From: Diplonema japonicum
Taxonomy: Eukaryota; Protista; Euglenozoa: Diplonemea
DNA length: 64,000 nt
Assembly (NCBI GenBank): GCA_964019335.1
Contig: OZ025707.1
Location: 310,001-374,000 of the forward strand
Direction of reading: 5' to 3'
In this document: positions 58,479 to 64,000 of the stretch, in pieces
Position numbering within the stretch: position 1 is the stretch's first letter
Layout: every line of letters begins with the position of its first letter
The notes under the pieces: generated by a model
Databases searched by the model: none
What the model was told of the DNA's origin: nothing
Seen by the model: the letters and a program-made list of their open reading frames with translations, nothing else
Made by a program: the position numbers and the translations under genes

Positions 58479-58748
58479 CAGAAGGCCAGTTTTTGCATCA
58501 GAGAAAACCAAAGGACCTTAAGAAACTGGGCAGGCGGAAGTGGCAAGAAGAAAGAGTAGATACTTTGAGAAAGGCAGCACGGCCGAAAAAGGAGGAAGGC
58601 CGAAGCCCCAAAAGGGAGAAAGGGTAGATAAGTAGAGACAAGGGGGACGTTCCAAAACAGGAACCTCCTTTATCTCATCTCTTTTCTTTTCTTTTCACCA
58701 TTCTTAATCAATTCAGCTATATGCACAATAAAACAACAACAAAGTATG
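58479..58748 (+). promoter_or_regulatory. Dispersed leader cassette with putative trans-splice acceptor and start context
   Basis: cagaaggccagtttttgcat..ggacgttccaaaacaggaacctcc(t)tatctcatctc..ttaatca(c/a)ttcag..caacaaagtATG. Also at 24485-24748 and 41492-41751, split at 8010-8143/8601-8700, 3' part at 10918-11071. Confidence 0.6.
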
Positions 58749-61700
58749 TATTCAAGCTCCAGTGGCAGCGAACAGCCCTCATCCGGGTATGAAGAACCGC
58801 TCCCAGCCGGCAGCAGCGAAGTGCCCTCATCTGGGTATGAAGAACCGCTCCCAGCCGGCAGCAGCGAAGTGCCCTCATCTGGGTATGAAGAACCGCTCCC
58901 AGCCGGCAGCAGCGAAGTGCCCTCATCTGGGTATGAAGAACCGCTCCCAGCCGGCAGCAGCGAAGTGCCCTCATCTGGGTATGAAGAACCGCTCCCAGCC
59001 GGCAGCAGCGAAGTGCCCTCATCCGGGTATGAAGAACCGCTCCCAACCACCACCGCTCCTTCAACCACCAGTAGCAGCGAAGTGCCCACATCCGCTACAT
59101 ATGACGTGCCAGCCTTCCTCAGGGAGCTGGGTGACTGGACGAAGCGTGTGAGGCGAGGTGCAATAGGAGAATTCATTGAATGGTTCCAACTGAACGAGGT
59201 GAGACTCTCGGCACTGCTCGACGTGAACGAACAGCCCGACCAGTGGGCCCCCCTGGAGGCAATGCGGGAGTCCATACTGGCCTCTGTGTGTGAGCTGCTG
59301 AAGGTGCTACTAAGAGAAGGTAGCTCGACGCACATTGCCATGAACAACATACATCTGTATCGTGTGGTGGCCTCTTTGGTGGGACAGCTCGTCATACACG
59401 ACAAGAGCTGCATTGCTGCTGATCAGCTGGTGGACTTCCGGGTACTCGTAAACATGCTGAAAGACGAGAAGCAGCACAAGAAGCACCCTGAGTTCTTAGC
59501 ATACCACACTATCATCACTGGTGGATGCGTCCTCGGGGTGAGTCCCTTTGGCGACCTTGCTGCTGTGGTGAAGGCCATGACAGCTTTCATGACAACGTGG
59601 CCCTCTGTTGAAGGTTTGTTCACTGGGACTGGGGAGGCGGGGGCACTGCGCAGTGCTGCAACACACAGCGTTCTTGTTCAGCGCCTGAAGTACCTGCTTA
59701 TGGCGGGCTTCATGTCTCACGGCCATGCGGGGAGCAAGAGAGATGCGGCAAAGCTCGAACAACTGGTCAAAGAGATCCACGATGTGGTGTGCCCTTCTGG
59801 GGAAAACGCTGAATGGGAGGTTCTCCCTGTGTCGCTGTGGGCGGGGACCCTTTCTGAGCTGTTAACATTCTCTCGTGTCGTGTCCTCGAAGGCAACCAAC
59901 AAAGAGGGAGAATGTCGCCTTGTTCTCCACAACAACTGTGTTCTGTACCAAAGGATTCCTATGCTCGGGGAACGAGGGGCCATACAGTTTCCTGTGAATG
60001 TTAAGGAAGTGGTGGTTGGCTGCTTGGTGGATCTTCTGAGGCACGGAAGGCTGACACCTGGTGCACTGACAGAGTTGCTCAAGAAAAGGGAGACGACAGC
60101 CAACAAGAAGGCTGTGGGCGCATTGCTGAAGACTGTGGGCGATGAGAAGGCTCAAGTAGTACGGCACAGGGCGGTATTTACCAGTTATGAAGTGATTGAG
60201 AGTGGGTTTCTTGGCAGTGGGTTGTCAGATAGGATTGCCTGCGAAGTACTGGACACAGTGAGGAGCGACGTGGAGGCACAGTCACTAGTTGAGCAGATGG
60301 AGACCTTCGAGCACACGAAGTACTATTTGAACATCACACTGAAGGAAAGATATATCAGTTACAAAGTCGACAATGAACACCTGTTGAATGAGGTGACGAA
60401 CCACCCAGACCAGTTTGGCATATTGCAAGCAATTGCAGAGAGGTACAAATGCAGCTTAGCTGTGCTTACTGTGCTTGCTGAAGCAATGGCACGGCCAATA
60501 CCCCCGGCACCAGCCCCAATCTGCTTCAGAACACAAGACTTCACAAAGGACATCATGTCATTCCTCATGAACTTGGAAAATAGGGCGAAAGCAGCGGCAC
60601 AGTGCACAATGGCAAAGGAGAGACCTGCGAAGTTGCAAACCTTTGTGAAGTGGTTCAAGCTGAACGAAATAAAACTCGGGTCACTGGTTGAGGTTCAGGA
60701 CATCAGCAAGCTTACAGAGGGTGTGCTGACCGCTGTGTGCGTGCTGCTGAAGGTGCTGCAGCAGTCACTGGAGGACAATGCACATTGCGAGGCTGAGGAG
60801 CACCTTGTAACCTTGAACAACATACACCTGTACCGTGTGGTGGCCACCTTGGTGTTGCAGCTCGTGACCTTCGACACTGGTTGCACTGCTTCGGATCAAT
60901 TGTCGAAATTACGGACTCTCGTCACAAGTTTGAGCAAAGGAGAGAACAAAGCGTTTATGCACCCGGCATCGGCAGCGGACCACGAGGTCATCACCAAAGG
61001 GGGCGACATTCTCTCAAAGACTTCTGTTTGGTATGATTCCTTTTCCTTGGCAGCTGGTGCTTTAGCTACATCGCACTTCAATTTGACCGTAATGACTAAA
61101 GGGGGCGGCATTCTCTCAAAAGCTTCTGTTTGGGGTGATCTTGTTTCCACATCGCACTTCAATTTGGAGGTAATGACTGCAGCCTGGCATTGGATTACGT
61201 CCTTATCCTCCAGACTCAAAGGCTCCTTGTTGTCCACAAGTGACGAACTTAAGATCGCAGCAATCTTCAACTCTCAATCTCAGCACCTGAAGCACCTGCT
61301 TCTGGTGAGGCCTCATGAAGCCACGGAGGCAGTACATGAGTTCGTTGACCTCGTGCACTCGGATATCTGCCCACAGAACAAGAGGAACTGGAAAGTGCTT
61401 CCTGCACAGCTGTGGGCAGGGACCCTTGCCGAGCTACTGGTGTTCTCTCGCGTCGTGTCCTCTGAGCAAAGCAAGGAGGAGGGGGAAGAAAAGTATATCC
61501 ACAAAACTGGTGCCCTTTACCACAGGTTTCCTGTGTTGGGAGAAGACGAGGGAATCATACAGTTCTCTCCCATAGCGAAAGGCCGTATGGTGCAGTGCTT
61601 GATAGATCTTCTGAAATACGAACGCCAGCTGCCAAGTATGCTGATGAAGTGTCTTCGACAGGCGACTGTTCTTTTGAGTGATGTTCAGGAAAAGGCCAAA

Positions 61701-64000
61701 ACGATCTTGAAAGATGAAGTGATAACAGAGGTGGGGAAGATGTTTGACGTGAAGAAAATCAGAGACTTGAAGAACATCAAAACTGAAGTGGCTGATGCGG
61801 TGAAGGGACTGACGGCTGGAAAAGACAAACAGGAACTGGAACAGGCTGATCACAAGGGGACGATGGTACGGCACAGGGCAGTCCTTGCCTGCCTCGAAGT
61901 GATCGAGAGCAGGGTGCTGGACGACAGGATGTTGAAAACGATGAACAGCGAGGTGCTGAACACAATGAGGAGCGACAGAGAGAGAGAGCAATTGGAGAAG
62001 CAAGGACAGGTGTTCAAGAAGGCACAGCACTACCTGAGGATAACACTACAGACGGAGGCGGAAAGTTACAAGAAGGACATGGAGGGGTTGATTGACAAGA
62101 TGGAGAAGCTTCTGGAGCTCCGCAAGGTGGTTACCAGCAAGGAAGCTGTGCGGCACGTTGACGGGATACTGAAAGAGGCGCAGAAGGCAGTGAAGGTGTA
62201 CGCAAGGAACCTTGAGGGGATGAACGCGATAGCTGGGGCGACCCTGCTGCTCACGACAAGCATCTCCGAAAGGGTGACAGGGATCGACAAGCAGCTTCAG
62301 GACATGAAGAAGGAGGTGAGCGACATCCACAAATACCTCCAGCTGCACAGGAAGCTGAAGGAGAACATCAGCCTCCTGCAACAAGCTCGTGTGGAGTCTT
62401 GCAGCAGCGACCTCCATGGGTGTGAGAGGTACTCGTTCATGCAGGTTGAGAAGGATGTCCCCAAGAATAGTGACGACAACCTTGAAAGGAAAGAGAATAC
62501 CCATGTCACAGAAGGTGCTAGAACAATTGCTCAGGCCGACACGAAAGCACGAACGTCTCACCACACTTCCGTTAGCTCCACTAAAGGATTTAAAAAAAAA
62601 AAAGAAAAAGGTTTCAACCCCTTGGAATTTGCAACCCACTTGTTGAAGCCCTGCTCTGCCGGGAGGAGCATTATATTCGAGGGCTGTTGTTGGGGTACGG
62701 AGTTCCTGTCACTGGTGGAGAAGGAGCTATGGAGCACCTACACCTATGACGATACTCAAAGCCTTCTCCCTATTCACGTGTTCCTGCGAAAGATGAAGAA
62801 TCCGACGACACGCCTTGTGGAAGAGGCCCTGGAGGAGCAGCATGGGTTCACGCCGAGGAATGTGGAACGGCTTCAGGAGAAGACGAGGGCAAAGAAGGCA
62901 CACCTGGCACTGATACTCGTGGGGTACTCGTTCCTCGACAAGGAGTTCCTTTTGGATTCCATGAGAGAGAAGAGCAAGCTGAGTGAGTGGGGTGACCCCA
63001 TCATCTTGGTGGAAGCAGACACCACCATCCTGGAGTACACTGCGGACAAGCTTCAGGGTGAGGGAAATTTAAAGGAAGCCTTTGAAGTGTACAGAATGAA
63101 GGAAATGAAGGACGAGGCCATCCAGAACATAATCGGCAGAGAGGAGGCTTCCATCGGGGCAGTGCTGAAGTGCGCTCTGCATTACAGAAGGTTCTCTACA
63201 TTCATTGAAGTGAAAGAAGAACAGCACATGACATTCCGCATGCTTCGTGCCTTCATTCGTACCATTTGCAATGAAAAATGGGGGTTGTATTATCGCTGGA
63301 TTGACAAGAAATGGCAAAAGCGTCCTTATTCAACCATACTCACAACATACCCCAGTTCTGACAAAAGTACGCTTCTGATGAAAACGATGTTGACTCAGAT
63401 GGTACCAAAAACTACGAGCGAAGTGGAGGAAAAGGCATCACACAAGGATGTGATGTGCGGGTGGGTGAAGTATATCATGGAAAAGGTTCAAACCGACGGG
63501 GTGTTCACTATCCTTGATGATCTGCATACTGGCATGATGGATGAAGATGAAGATGCACGGTCCGTCTACCATCTAACCAAAGAGATGAACATGGCCTTCT
63601 TGAGGACCTGCCTTGAGGAGTACCTCCGGCTGCCGTTGAGGTCGCTGAGTACAAAGCACCCCTCCATCACCGACAAGGAACTCGTGAAGCTTCTGATGGA
63701 CTACAACTCGCGCCTCGCACTTGACATGACACGGGACCACGCGAGGCAGGCACCTTATGAGAACAGGTGTCGTGGCTTTCTGAGGGCACAGCACACAGGA
63801 GGGCACGATGTCGGCAAGCTGGACCAGCAGATGGTGCGGGACCTGTTTGCGGCCTCTCCGGTGGAGGTCTCGAGGGACCAAGACGGGAAGAAACAGGAGA
63901 GGGTGTACAGCTTCAGCTCCGAGTGGCTGCAGGAGATCTTCACCGCCATTGCTGTCCACGACAAGCTGATGAGGTTCCCTCTGAACCGTATCTGTACGAA
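58746..64000 (+). CDS. Giant NLR-like protein copy 3 (runs off window) with swapped repeat N-terminus
   Basis: ATG 58746 MYSSSSGSEQ..; joins the family sequence at ATYDVPAFL (about 59095). No stop-terminated ORF in this frame in the track, consistent with an open frame to 64000. Confidence 0.8.
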   Translation, partial: MYSSSSGSEQPSSGYEEPLPAGSSEVPSSGYEEPLPAGSSEVPSSGYEEPLPAGSSEVPSSGYEEPLPAGSSEVPSSGYEEPLPAGSSEVPSSGYEEPLPTTTAPSTTSSSEVPTSATYDVPAFLRELGDWTKRVRRGAIGEFIEWFQLNEVRLSALLDVNEQPDQWAPLEAMRESILASVCELLKVLLREGSSTHIAMNNIHLYRVVASLVGQLVIHDKSCIAADQLVDFRVLVNMLKDEKQHKKHPEFLAYHTIITGGCVLGVSPFGDLAAVVKAMTAFMTTWPSVEGLFTGTGEAGALRSAATHSVLVQRLKYLLMAGFMSHGHAGSKRDAAKLEQLVKEIHDVVCPSGENAEWEVLPVSLWAGTLSELLTFSRVVSSKATNKEGECRLVLHNNCVLYQRIPMLGERGAIQFPVNVKEVVVGCLVDLLRHGRLTPGALTELLKKRETTANKKAVGALLKTVGDEKAQVVRHRAVFTSYEVIESGFLGSGLSDRIACEVLDTVRSDVEAQSLVEQMETFEHTKYYLNITLKERYISYKVDNEHLLNEVTNHPDQFGILQAIAERYKCSLAVLTVLAEAMARPIPPAPAPICFRTQDFTKDIMSFLMNLENRAKAAAQCTMAKERPAKLQTFVKWFKLNEIKLGSLVEVQDISKLTEGVLTAVCVLLKVLQQSLEDNAHCEAEEHLVTLNNIHLYRVVATLVLQLVTFDTGCTASDQLSKLRTLVTSLSKGENKAFMHPASAADHEVITKGGDILSKTSVWYDSFSLAAGALATSHFNLTVMTKGGGILSKASVWGDLVSTSHFNLEVMTAAWHWITSLSSRLKGSLLSTSDELKIAAIFNSQSQHLKHLLLVRPHEATEAVHEFVDLVHSDICPQNKRNWKVLPAQLWAGTLAELLVFSRVVSSEQSKEEGEEKYIHKTGALYHRFPVLGEDEGIIQFSPIAKGRMVQCLIDLLKYERQLPSMLMKCLRQATVLLSDVQEKAKTILKDEVITEVGKMFDVKKIRDLKNIKTEVADAVKGLTAGKDKQELEQADHKGTMVRHRAVLACLEVIESRVLDDRMLKTMNSEVLNTMRSDREREQLEKQGQVFKKAQHYLRITLQTEAESYKKDMEGLIDKMEKLLELRKVVTSKEAVRHVDGILKEAQKAVKVYARNLEGMNAIAGATLLLTTSISERVTGIDKQLQDMKKEVSDIHKYLQLHRKLKENISLLQQARVESCSSDLHGCERYSFMQVEKDVPKNSDDNLERKENTHVTEGARTIAQADTKARTSHHTSVSSTKGFKKKKEKGFNPLEFATHLLKPCSAGRSIIFEGCCWGTEFLSLVEKELWSTYTYDDTQSLLPIHVFLRKMKNPTTRLVEEALEEQHGFTPRNVERLQEKTRAKKAHLALILVGYSFLDKEFLLDSMREKSKLSEWGDPIILVEADTTILEYTADKLQGEGNLKEAFEVYRMKEMKDEAIQNIIGREEASIGAVLKCALHYRRFSTFIEVKEEQHMTFRMLRAFIRTICNEKWGLYYRWIDKKWQKRPYSTILTTYPSSDKSTLLMKTMLTQMVPKTTSEVEEKASHKDVMCGWVKYIMEKVQTDGVFTILDDLHTGMMDEDEDARSVYHLTKEMNMAFLRTCLEEYLRLPLRSLSTKHPSITDKELVKLLMDYNSRLALDMTRDHARQAPYENRCRGFLRAQHTGGHDVGKLDQQMVRDLFAASPVEVSRDQDGKKQERVYSFSSEWLQEIFTAIAVHDKLMRFPLNRICT
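58785..59045 (+). repeat. 48-bp coding tandem repeat, 5 full units + partial (GYEEPLPAGSSEVPSS)
   Basis: Units start 58785, 58833, 58881, 58929, 58977, 59025. Confidence 0.95.

Noticed and set aside
58785-59045. Regular repeats as CRISPR array
   Set aside because: Head-to-tail identical units without unique spacers, in frame within a CDS, eukaryotic context, no cas genes.

Overview
Eukaryotic protist DNA with GC-balanced CDS and homopolymer-rich spacers. All recognisable host genes lie on the + strand behind pyrimidine-rich AG acceptors, a euglenozoan/diplonemid-like polycistronic layout (taxon is inference). 1-10.7 kb is housekeeping-like: polycystin-type channel, PHD protein, CCDC13-like, LMW phosphatase and a TSP1 membrane protein, with tiny poly(A)/poly(T)-filled GT-AG introns. 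11-64 kb is a repeat-rich accessory island. It holds three giant paralogues plus a fragment of an NLR-like family (duplicated helical N-domain, NACHT-like domain with degenerate Walker motifs, pentapeptide repeats, beta-rich C-terminus); the third copy is absent from the ORF track because it runs off the window. The island also has two Ubl-ankyrin paralogues with patchy hypervariation, a PPxY-repeat ankyrin gene, two kinase pseudogenes, and relics of piggyBac, tyrosine-recombinase (Crypton-like), Ingi-like LINE and GIY-YIG elements. Most striking: one dispersed leader cassette (acceptor + start context + Pro-rich tandem N-terminal repeat) is fused to unrelated cargo genes, and frame-preserving poly(A)/retroposed micro-insertions and paralogue recombination diversify the NLR-like genes. 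No database searches were run; family calls rest on motif recognition.
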